Part shown: positions 28,850-36,941 of the stretch, piece by piece
Position numbering within the stretch: the stretch's first letter is position 1
Layout: the number at the start of each line of letters is the position of its first letter
Source: Candidatus Obscuribacterales bacterium
GTDB taxonomy: Bacteria > Cyanobacteriota > Vampirovibrionia > Obscuribacterales > Obscuribacteraceae
Direction: 5' to 3'
NCBI GenBank assembly: GCA_020050835.1
Contig: JAGVKB010000063.1
Coordinates: 1 to 63,421, forward strand
DNA length: 63,421 nt
Translations under genes and position numbers: made by a program
Notes under the pieces: generated by a model
Databases searched by the model: none
The model's input: only the letters and a program-made list of their open reading frames with translations
Told to the model about the DNA's origin: nothing

Positions 28850-29611
28850 TTAGCTGGCTTGGCTGGTCGGCTCGGCTTGCCCGGTCGCGATCTTGACTCG
28901 CTCCGCTTCGCACTGGCTAACCGCCTGACTGAAATTGAATTGTGCTTTCTCGACCAGCTGGCGATAACCCAGCTCGATCTGCTTAAGTCGAAGCTGGCGC
29001 TCAACTTTCAGGTTGTACAAACGCTCGGCCAGACCGACTTCGGCTTGCTTGATGCCGACGGCGTAGAAGTAGAGGCCGCGGCACGGTCCGAACTCTTGTT
29101 CGGCCTGCTCCCGCGCGGACTGATTGAGCTTGAACGCCTGCTCGCGCGCAGCAGTCAGCGCTTTCATCGCCTGGTCGAAAGTGTTCTGAGCAGCTGCCCG
29201 GTCGCCACCGCTAATGATGGCTACTTGCAGCGCTTGTCCGGCGGCCTGCACGGCAGACTGGGCCGGTTGAACGCCCTGATCGCAGCTTTGCTGCGCGGCG
29301 GTAATGGTGGCCAGATATCTGTCGACCTGGCACCGGACTGGCGCCAGTGACTCCGAAAACTTCTTTTCGGCAGCGACAAATGCCTGCCTGTACTCGCGTT
29401 TGGCAATCTCGACTTGACCGGCCAAACCTCTGTCGTCGGGCGTGTGAAGCTCCTTGCCGCAATTCATGCACAGGTCTTGCTCGAGGCTGCATCCCAGGCA
29501 TAGCTGCATGCCCCTATAAGTAGAGAACTCGCAACCCGGGCCGGGACCGATACCAGAGCAAGGACCGGAGACCGTCGCGTAGGAGCTGTTGCATTCGGAA
29601 CAGATGTTCAC
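28850..29611 (-). CDS. Hypothetical protein with a Cys-rich zinc-ribbon-like N-terminus followed by a coiled coil.
   Basis: The N-terminus CSECNSSY...PCSGIGPGPGCEF...CLGCSLEQDLCMNCGKE holds four CxxC-like pairs. The remainder is Q/A/E-rich and helical. Confidence 0.45.
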   Translation of the reverse strand: MNICSECNSSYATVSGPCSGIGPGPGCEFSTYRGMQLCLGCSLEQDLCMNCGKELHTPDDRGLAGQVEIAKREYRQAFVAAEKKFSESLAPVRCQVDRYLATITAAQQSCDQGVQPAQSAVQAAGQALQVAIISGGDRAAAQNTFDQAMKALTAAREQAFKLNQSAREQAEQEFGPCRGLYFYAVGIKQAEVGLAERLYNLKVERQLRLKQIELGYRQLVEKAQFNFSQAVSQCEAERVKIATGQAEPTSQAS

Positions 29612-29696
29612 TTAGCACCCCAATTCCCAGACGCACCATCCGTAGAAAGGGGGGAGGCGCAAACAATGCGCCTCCCCCCGAGAGAGAGAACCGAGC

Positions 29697-32129
29697 TTAG
29701 CTCTGTTCGTACGAGCGCATGATCGGCGTTTCGGGCACACCGTCGAGCTGGCGGCATTCGCCGTCGACGATCTTCTTGGCCAGCTTGGCGCAGGCCGCGA
29801 AGTGAGCGTCGCTCGGCTGTTCGCCGGTGAGCTTCATGCGCAGCTGCTGGCAGAGCACGTCGGCCGCCATGACAGTCACCTCATCACCCATCTGGGCAGC
29901 GTACTGGGCCGTCACGGCGATCGTGATGGTGTCCTGAGCGCGCTGCGACATGTGGTTGATGCGGCACTGACGGTCGGCCAGCCCGAGCTGGTGCTTGACC
30001 ATCGCCGTCGACAGTTCGAGCGGCAGCTTGCGGAACATCGACTGCGCGAAGTTGAGATGCTTCTGCAGGCGACGGTCCGTGCCCGACTGCTTGCGGTTCA
30101 TACGCGGCAAGAGCTTGTTGGCATACCAGAGCGTGTACTCGAGCCCGGTACCGATGAAGCCGTAGTGACCGGCAGCGATCAGACCAAGCACGACACCGGC
30201 GATGCCGGCGGTGACCGGCAGAGCCCAGGCCCCGATCAAAGCTCCGATGTTAAGACCGAGGTAGCCGAAGGCAGCACCGGTGACGGCGCTGGCAGCGACA
30301 CCCTTGATCAGCCCCCAGACACCGGTCTTCGCCAGGCGACGGCCGATGCCCTTGAGCCCATCATTGCCGGTGTCCTTGAGCGCGCTCTGGCTGAAGCCAA
30401 GCACCACGCCCAGGAGAGCAGCGGCCCCGCCGGCCACCAGCGCAGCCGAGCCGGTGAACAGGCTCGCCAGCACCAGCACCAACGTCAGCACGCCGACCAC
30501 GCCGGCCGTCTTGGGCAGCGTCTTGACCAGCTTCAGCATGCCGTTGCCGAGCGGCAGCATGAAGTGCATGCCGTGCTCCTTGGCCAGCGACTTGAAGAGC
30601 GCCATCGAGAGCATCTGCCCTTCGCCCTCGTAGATGCACGGAGCGAGGTAATCGTGGATGTTGTCGCCGACCAGGTGCCCCTTCAAGAAGGAACGCCCGC
30701 CGTGCGTCTTCATCGCGATCTCGATCGCCGCTTCCTTCTGCGCTTCCGAGCCGAAGACCTTGGCGACGACGCATTCCAGCTCGCCGCGATAGCCTTCGTC
30801 CAGCAGCGAGGAGCACCAGGCCACCAGCGCGTCGGCACCGACGATCAAGCCGGCCAGACGCGCCACCCGCGCCTGCACCAGCTCGCGCTTCTCGATGCTG
30901 TGACCGTAGGTCTTGCGGAACTCGCCCCAGGATTTGGGCGTGATGCTCCGCAAAAGCACCCGCATCACACCAGCGGCATTGGCGCAGAGCGCAACGCGAC
31001 CGCGGTTCAAGCCGTGGTACGCAATGGTCAAGCCGTCGCCGTTTTCGATGTGCAGCAGGTTGTCCTTCGGCACGCGGAAGTTGGTGAACTTGAGACCGTT
31101 GTTGTACGTGTGCGTGAGCGCATGCAACCCGTACCGCACGATCTCGAAGTGCTCGTTCTCCTGCTTCGGCAGCTCGACCACGGCCACCGACGGCACCATG
31201 TTGGGCTCAACCGTGATGCCTTCGCCGGAGTAGCGGCGGCCCCACTTGTCCTCGAAGACCAGGCCGGCCTTCTCGTCGTGCACCTGCGAGACGACCAGCG
31301 TGCCAACCTGCTTGCCCTTCCGGTTCTTGACCGGCAGCTTGTAGGTCGGGCGGCCTTCCTTGTCCTTGCCGTGCATCATGCCGACCAGGCCGATGATGCG
31401 ACCTTCGATCGCGTTCGAGATGAACAGCTTGGTGCCGTTGATCACGAGCTGATCGCCGTCCTCGGTGAAGACGGTGCGCAGAGCGGTGAGGTCCGAGCCG
31501 GCGCCGGGCTCGGTCAAAGCGAAGCCGGAGATCGCCTCGCCAGCGGCCAGCTTGGTCAGGAAGTACTTCTTCTGGTCTTCGGTGCCGTAGGTGCGCACCG
31601 GATCGACGGCGCCGATACAGCCGTGGATCGAGGCCAGACCGGCCGTGGTCGGCTCGCCGGTGGCGGACATCTCGGTCAGGAAGGAGGCGAAGCTGCGGAT
31701 CGAGGCGCCCTGACCGCCGTACTCCTTGTCGATCAGCATGCCCCAGTAGCCGGTCTTGGCCAGGTCGTCGATCACCTGCGCGGACACCTTGTCGTTCTCG
31801 TCGAACAACGTGCCGGCGTCGCGATGGTCGCGCACCACCTTCAAGCAGGCTTGCATGGAGGCGTGGCACGGCTCGCTCTTATTGAGCAGCTGGGCCTTGA
31901 AGAGGTTGAAGGGGAATGCGTCCTCCCAGACCGCCTTGTGAACGGGGCTGTTCTTGGTGCGGTACATCGGGTCGAAGGCTTCTTCGAGCCGGTCGTCGGA
32001 GCGATCCATGGCAGCGGTGCGAGCGATCTCTTCTTCGCTCGCCCCACCCATGCGCAGAGCCTCTTCAGCCAGGTTGGTATCGTCCTCGGGCTTGCTGATC
32101 CGAGGGTTCTTGTTGAACTTCTGAGTCAT
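29697..32129 (-). CDS. fadE: FadE-type long acyl-CoA dehydrogenase with an internal glycine-rich transmembrane insert.
   Basis: ACAD signature GFALTEPGAGSDL, and KEYGGQGAS aligns with E. coli FadE KEYGGLEFS. Length 810 aa, as in FadE. A roughly 110-aa hydrophobic Gly/Ala-rich segment (VVGVLTLVLVLASLF...GALIGAWALPVTAGIAGVVLGLIAAG) lies between the ACAD core and the C-terminal DUF1974-like region. E. coli FadE has its TM helices at the N-terminus. Confidence 0.8.
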   Translation of the reverse strand: MTQKFNKNPRISKPEDDTNLAEEALRMGGASEEEIARTAAMDRSDDRLEEAFDPMYRTKNSPVHKAVWEDAFPFNLFKAQLLNKSEPCHASMQACLKVVRDHRDAGTLFDENDKVSAQVIDDLAKTGYWGMLIDKEYGGQGASIRSFASFLTEMSATGEPTTAGLASIHGCIGAVDPVRTYGTEDQKKYFLTKLAAGEAISGFALTEPGAGSDLTALRTVFTEDGDQLVINGTKLFISNAIEGRIIGLVGMMHGKDKEGRPTYKLPVKNRKGKQVGTLVVSQVHDEKAGLVFEDKWGRRYSGEGITVEPNMVPSVAVVELPKQENEHFEIVRYGLHALTHTYNNGLKFTNFRVPKDNLLHIENGDGLTIAYHGLNRGRVALCANAAGVMRVLLRSITPKSWGEFRKTYGHSIEKRELVQARVARLAGLIVGADALVAWCSSLLDEGYRGELECVVAKVFGSEAQKEAAIEIAMKTHGGRSFLKGHLVGDNIHDYLAPCIYEGEGQMLSMALFKSLAKEHGMHFMLPLGNGMLKLVKTLPKTAGVVGVLTLVLVLASLFTGSAALVAGGAAALLGVVLGFSQSALKDTGNDGLKGIGRRLAKTGVWGLIKGVAASAVTGAAFGYLGLNIGALIGAWALPVTAGIAGVVLGLIAAGHYGFIGTGLEYTLWYANKLLPRMNRKQSGTDRRLQKHLNFAQSMFRKLPLELSTAMVKHQLGLADRQCRINHMSQRAQDTITIAVTAQYAAQMGDEVTVMAADVLCQQLRMKLTGEQPSDAHFAACAKLAKKIVDGECRQLDGVPETPIMRSYEQS

Positions 32130-32159
32130 GGTATTTGTTCCTCATTAGGTGTTGTGTGA

Positions 32160-33019
32160 CACCTTGAACGCCGGAGACGGTGAGATTCAACGCGAACCGC
32201 CGCTCCAGTCTTTGACACAACCGTTAAGCAACGAAGCAGAGAGCCGACCCGAAACACAGCAAGGATTACCCGCTGGTTGTTCGTGTCGCTTGCTTATCTA
32301 TCGCTGAGCGCTCAAAGAACGATTCGACGAAGCGATGCCGGGCTATCTAAACCGGTTTAGCATCGAGCCGTTTTGTCGTTCTAAGCGCGCTCAGTGGTTC
32401 GAATCGTTTCGCATCCTGCCCAAACTGTAGCCACTCCCTGCCGCATTCGATGCGGGATTTGACTGGCTGGAATCTGGCAGAGCTGGGGCTTTTTAGGGAG
32501 TTCTAGTTGATCTGCTCATGGGATGGATGAAAACGATATTTGAAATCTATAAAGTCACCACATTGATAATCAAGAGGCTGAAAATCTTTTGAGACTAACG
32601 CTCGGCTGCTGCGCTAGGTGTACACAATGTAAGCACAACAACACTTGACATCACAATCAAATCGCGGACTGGTGGTCTTTCGACAATACAAATCATCCCC
32701 TGACAATCATCAAAGGCGCTCACCAGGCGTAACTCATCAGCTTTTTATGAGCATCTCTTAAGCATAAATATATTGTTTATCAAGAGGCGCGAGATCTAGT
32801 TTTACTTTGCGTTTTCAATCCCGATTCTTCAAACACTCACAACCCAGAAAGCTTTTCCAGAACAGCAAAGCTATTCCTGCCACAGAGCATTACAAGCCAC
32901 CAAATTTGGTGCTTGTTGAGTTGTGTCTAAGAAAGAACGTTGTCTATCCAAATCGGTCGGACTGCGAATTCCTCTTGACGGTCGAGCCGAATCGACCGCT
33001 TCTACTGGAGAGTTCTCAC
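32160..33019. promoter_or_regulatory. Unusually long (860 bp) divergent intergenic region between fadE-like and pepN, with AT-rich tracts and recurring motifs.
   Basis: No ORF longer than a few dozen codons. ATCAAGAGGC occurs at 32571-32580 and again at 32783-32792. There are several ACAATCA-containing repeats near 32650-32720. Confidence 0.35.
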
Positions 33020-35635
33020 ATGAAAAAGAAAAACACGACTAGCGGAGCGACGGAAAACCTGGACTATCGGCTTCCCCGCACCGTCATTCCGAACCGCTAC
33101 GAGATCAGGCTCGCCCCCGATCTCACGACCTTCCATTTCTCCGGTCAAGAGTCGATCGCCGTGGACGTGCTCGAAGAGGTCAGCGAGATCAAGCTCAACG
33201 CCAAGAACCTCAAGATCAAAAAGGCCTGGGTGAGCAACGATTCCGGCACCACTCTCTTGGCCACGGTCAAGCTCAATCGCAAAACCGAGATGGCTTGCCT
33301 CTCATTTGCCGGCAAGCTCGGCAAGGGCGCCTGGAAGCTTCACCTGACCTTCACCGGCGTGCTCAACGACAAGTTGAGAGGTCTGTACCGCGTGAAGTGG
33401 ATGGACGCCCAGGGCAAGGAACGCTGGTTCGCCTCCAGCCAATTCGAATCGACTGATGCTCGCCAGGCGTTTCCCTGTTTCGACGAGCCCGACCTGAAAG
33501 CCGTTTTCAGCGTCAAGCTGGAAGTCGACAACCGGCTGGTCGCTCTCTCCAACGGGCAAACCATCTCTGAAACGCCGGTCGGCTCCGACAAGAAGTTGGT
33601 CGAGTTCACCGACTCGATGAAAATGTCCACCTATCTGGTGGCGTTCATCATCGGCGACTTCGTCAGCTCCCGCCCGGTCTTCGTCGATGGGATCGAAACC
33701 CGCATCTGGACCCTGCCCGGACAAGAGCATCTGACCGAGTTTGCGCTCGAGCAGGCCTGCCGCGCCACCGCTTTCCTGATGAAGGAGACCGGCATGCGCT
33801 ATCCCGGCAAGCACATCAATCACGTGGCGATCCGCAACTTCGCCTCCGGCGCGATGGAGAATTCCGGACTGATCACCTACCGCGAAACCGCTCTGCTGTG
33901 CGATCCCAAGACGGCCACGCACAAGGAGAAGAAGCGGGTGGCTGAAGTCGTCTGGCATGAACTGGCGCACAACATCCACTTCGGCAACACCGTCACCATG
34001 CGCTGGTGGGACGGCTTGTGCTTGAACGAGTCGTTCGCCACTTTCATGGAGAACTGGGGCGTCAGCCTCGAGTACCCCGAGTGGCACATCTGGGAAGAGT
34101 TCGCTGTCTCACGCGCAGCGGCGATGAAGCTCGACTCGCTCCACAGCACGCATCCGGTCGAAGCGCCGGTCAAGCGTCCCGAGGACGCCGAGGAGCTTTT
34201 CGACCTGATCTCCTACGAAAAGGGCTGCTCGTTGCTCTATCAGCTCCAGCAGTTCATCGGTCCGGACAACTTCCGGCAGGGGGTCGCTCGGTACATCAAG
34301 AAATTTGCCTTCGGCAACACCGAAACGCACGACCTCTGGGATGTGATCGAAGAGGTCTGCCAGGGCAACGGCTGCGATGTTCCGGTGCGCCGGGTCATGG
34401 ACGCCTGGAACTACACCGCCGGGCACCCGGTGGTGACGGTCGCGCCGGCCGGCAACGGCTTCATCGAGCTGACCCAGAAGCCGTTCAAGTTCTTGCCGGA
34501 TGACCTCACGAGCCAGACCTGGCCGATTCCGCTTACGCTCAAGCTGAAGAAGGCTGATGGTCAGGTCGAAGTGCGCAAATTCCTGTTCGAAGGAGCCGTG
34601 CACCGCGAGTTCGTCGGCGACTGCCGGTATGTGGTCGTCAACGCCGGCGGTTCTGGCTTCTACCGCGTACTCTACGCTGCCGAGCTGCTGCGGAAGCTGA
34701 CCGGCAACGTCGCCGATAACCTGTCGGTGGTCGAGCGCTACAACCTCGTCAACGACTCCTGGAGCTGTGTCCGGGCCGGGCTGATGACCTCGCCCGAGTA
34801 CCTGCGCATGGTCTCGCTCTTCGATCAGGAAACCGACAACAATGTCTGGTCGCTCCTGGCAAGCTCGCTCAAGACGCTGCACTCGCTCTTGCCGGAGGCT
34901 GGTCAAAACACGCTCTCACAAGTAGTGCGTGGTCTGGTCAAGCCGGTATCCGACCGCCTGGGCCAGGAGCCCAAGTCCGGGGAGACGCTTGCAGACAAGC
35001 AAGTACGCGGTCTGGTGTTCGGCATCATGGGCACGCTCTGTGATGACCAGGCCACTCATGACCGTGCCGACGAGCTGTTCGCCCGCTACTTGACCGACAA
35101 GTCGACGCTGGACAGCGAGTTGGTCGCCGCGGTCGTCTCGGTCGTCGCGCATGCCGGCGATCAAAACGACTACGAACGATTCTTCGCATTGTTCAAGGCG
35201 GCCGCCACCCCGCAAGAAGAGCAGCGTTACTTGAGCGCGCTGTCCAAATTCCAGAGCCCCGACCTGCTCAAGCGCACGCTCGAGCAAGCGCTCAACGGCG
35301 CGGTGCGTTCGCAAGACGCACCATATCTGGTGGCGGAGGTGATGAACAACGCCAGCGCGTCCGAACACGCCTGGCAGTTCGTCAAGGACAACTGGCAGCA
35401 GATGGTCAAGTCCTATCCGGACAACGGCGTCACTCGCATGTGCGGCGCCGTCACCGTGCTCGACAAGCCCGAACATCTGGCTGACGTGAAGAAGTTCTTC
35501 GCCAAGCGCAAGGTCAAGGGCGGAGCGATGGCCATCTCTCAGGCGCTCGAACAGCAGCAGATCAACGTTTTGCTGCGCGCGCGCGAGGCGGCAAAGCTGG
35601 CGCTCCACTTGGCGCCAACCTGCAAGCCCGCCTGA
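33020..35635 (+). CDS. pepN: Aminopeptidase N (M1 family zinc metallopeptidase).
   Basis: Gluzincin motif VVWHELAHNIHFGN with the downstream LNESFATF Glu, the GAMEN-like exopeptidase motif SGAMENSGL, and about 870 aa from the ATG at 33020 (GGAG RBS). Confidence 0.85.
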   Translation: MKKKNTTSGATENLDYRLPRTVIPNRYEIRLAPDLTTFHFSGQESIAVDVLEEVSEIKLNAKNLKIKKAWVSNDSGTTLLATVKLNRKTEMACLSFAGKLGKGAWKLHLTFTGVLNDKLRGLYRVKWMDAQGKERWFASSQFESTDARQAFPCFDEPDLKAVFSVKLEVDNRLVALSNGQTISETPVGSDKKLVEFTDSMKMSTYLVAFIIGDFVSSRPVFVDGIETRIWTLPGQEHLTEFALEQACRATAFLMKETGMRYPGKHINHVAIRNFASGAMENSGLITYRETALLCDPKTATHKEKKRVAEVVWHELAHNIHFGNTVTMRWWDGLCLNESFATFMENWGVSLEYPEWHIWEEFAVSRAAAMKLDSLHSTHPVEAPVKRPEDAEELFDLISYEKGCSLLYQLQQFIGPDNFRQGVARYIKKFAFGNTETHDLWDVIEEVCQGNGCDVPVRRVMDAWNYTAGHPVVTVAPAGNGFIELTQKPFKFLPDDLTSQTWPIPLTLKLKKADGQVEVRKFLFEGAVHREFVGDCRYVVVNAGGSGFYRVLYAAELLRKLTGNVADNLSVVERYNLVNDSWSCVRAGLMTSPEYLRMVSLFDQETDNNVWSLLASSLKTLHSLLPEAGQNTLSQVVRGLVKPVSDRLGQEPKSGETLADKQVRGLVFGIMGTLCDDQATHDRADELFARYLTDKSTLDSELVAAVVSVVAHAGDQNDYERFFALFKAAATPQEEQRYLSALSKFQSPDLLKRTLEQALNGAVRSQDAPYLVAEVMNNASASEHAWQFVKDNWQQMVKSYPDNGVTRMCGAVTVLDKPEHLADVKKFFAKRKVKGGAMAISQALEQQQINVLLRAREAAKLALHLAPTCKPA

Positions 35636-35839
35636 GCCGGAGTGAAGTTACGCTCCCGGCGCATTAATACGCAATCGAGACCGGCAGGGGCTTGGGCAAG
35701 CATACTTGACGCGGCTGGATCTGGTCGACCTGCCTAGCAGGACGCAATCAAATTCAGCCAGCTGAGCTGGCTTGACCACCCCGGCCGGTCTCTTCCTTCG
35801 GGAAAACCCCGGGCTCCTTGCTACTAATCTTCAACCAAC

Positions 35840-35861
35840 CAGCCAGCCTTGAGGCTGGCTG
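35840..35861. repeat. 9-bp perfect inverted repeat (cagccagcc ttga ggctggctg) 24 nt upstream of the ClpP-like start codon.
   Basis: Seen in sequence. Lies in the 5' leader, so could be a regulatory stem-loop. Confidence 0.4.
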
Positions 35862-35884
35862 AGAAATCGTAAGGGAGTTTCGTC

Positions 35885-36682
35885 ATGAACGAACAGAACC
35901 CCAATCCTCAGAATCCCAATCCTCAGACCGCCACCACCGGGACGCCCAGCCAGCGGGAAACCGAGCTCAAGCAGCAGCTCCTGGAGATCCAGGTGGCCGA
36001 TGCTCAGCTCAAGGTCGACAAGCTCAAGCGCGAAGAGGCGCGCGAGAAGCAGGACCAGGAGCTCAAGCTCCGGCAGCAGGCCGCCCAGACCGAGCGCGCC
36101 GAACTCGAGCTCGCCAACCTCAAGCGCGAGAGCTCCAAGGCCAACGCCAGCGCCCAGGAAGCGATGGAGTACACCTTCTCGGAAGGCGTCAACGACCTCT
36201 CCGTCAAGGTGGCCATCAAGGAGCTCGGCGAGCTGACGCGCCGCTTCCCGGGCCGCCCGCTCACCTTCATCCTGACCTCGCCCGGCGGCTCCGTGCTGCA
36301 CGGCTTCGCGCTCTACGACTACCTGCGGTCGCTGAGCAAGAAGGGTCACATGTTGACCGTCCAGGTCTTCGGCATGGCTGCCTCGATGGGCGGCATCCTC
36401 CTGCAGGCCGGTGACATTCGCCAGATCGGCGAAGCCTCCGAGGTGCTCATCCACGAGGTGTCTTCCGGCACCATGGGCAAGGTGAGCGAGCAGCAGGACC
36501 GGCTGGACTTCTCCCATCACCTCTGGGACAAGCTGGCGAAGATTCTGTCCAAGCGCGCCAAGGAGACCGGCAAGAAGGACGCCATGACGCCTGGCCAGAT
36601 CAAGAAGAAGGCCTACAAGTTCGACTGGTGGTTGGAAGCCAAGGACGCGGTCCGACTGGGCTTCGCCGACGAGATCCTCTAA
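35885..36682 (+). CDS. ClpP-family (S14) serine protease homolog with a roughly 100-aa N-terminal coiled-coil extension.
   Basis: LTSPGGSV corresponds to ClpP INSPGG, GMAASMGG to GQAASMG (catalytic Ser), and LIHEV to MIHQP (His). The N-terminus has NPQNPNPQ followed by E/K/Q-rich heptads. AAGGGAG RBS. Confidence 0.7.
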   Translation: MNEQNPNPQNPNPQTATTGTPSQRETELKQQLLEIQVADAQLKVDKLKREEAREKQDQELKLRQQAAQTERAELELANLKRESSKANASAQEAMEYTFSEGVNDLSVKVAIKELGELTRRFPGRPLTFILTSPGGSVLHGFALYDYLRSLSKKGHMLTVQVFGMAASMGGILLQAGDIRQIGEASEVLIHEVSSGTMGKVSEQQDRLDFSHHLWDKLAKILSKRAKETGKKDAMTPGQIKKKAYKFDWWLEAKDAVRLGFADEIL

Positions 36683-36941
36683 TTCAAAGCGGGCTGCACC
36701 ACCTGTGGTGCACGACTAGCGCTTCATTAGATGAGCTCCGGGGCAGCGGCCTGAGGCCGCTGCCCTTGTTTTCCACCCCCCGCGCTCTTCTCTCTCAGCT
36801 CTCTCAACCGGCGTAGGCACGCGCAGACGCCGCCGCATTCCTGTCCATCGTCCGCTCGCCGGCCGGGATTGAAAGCTCCAAGCTTTGCTTGGATCCCAAC
36901 CAATCCCGGCCGGTCTGAGCATTGGAAAAGGAGAACAGATC

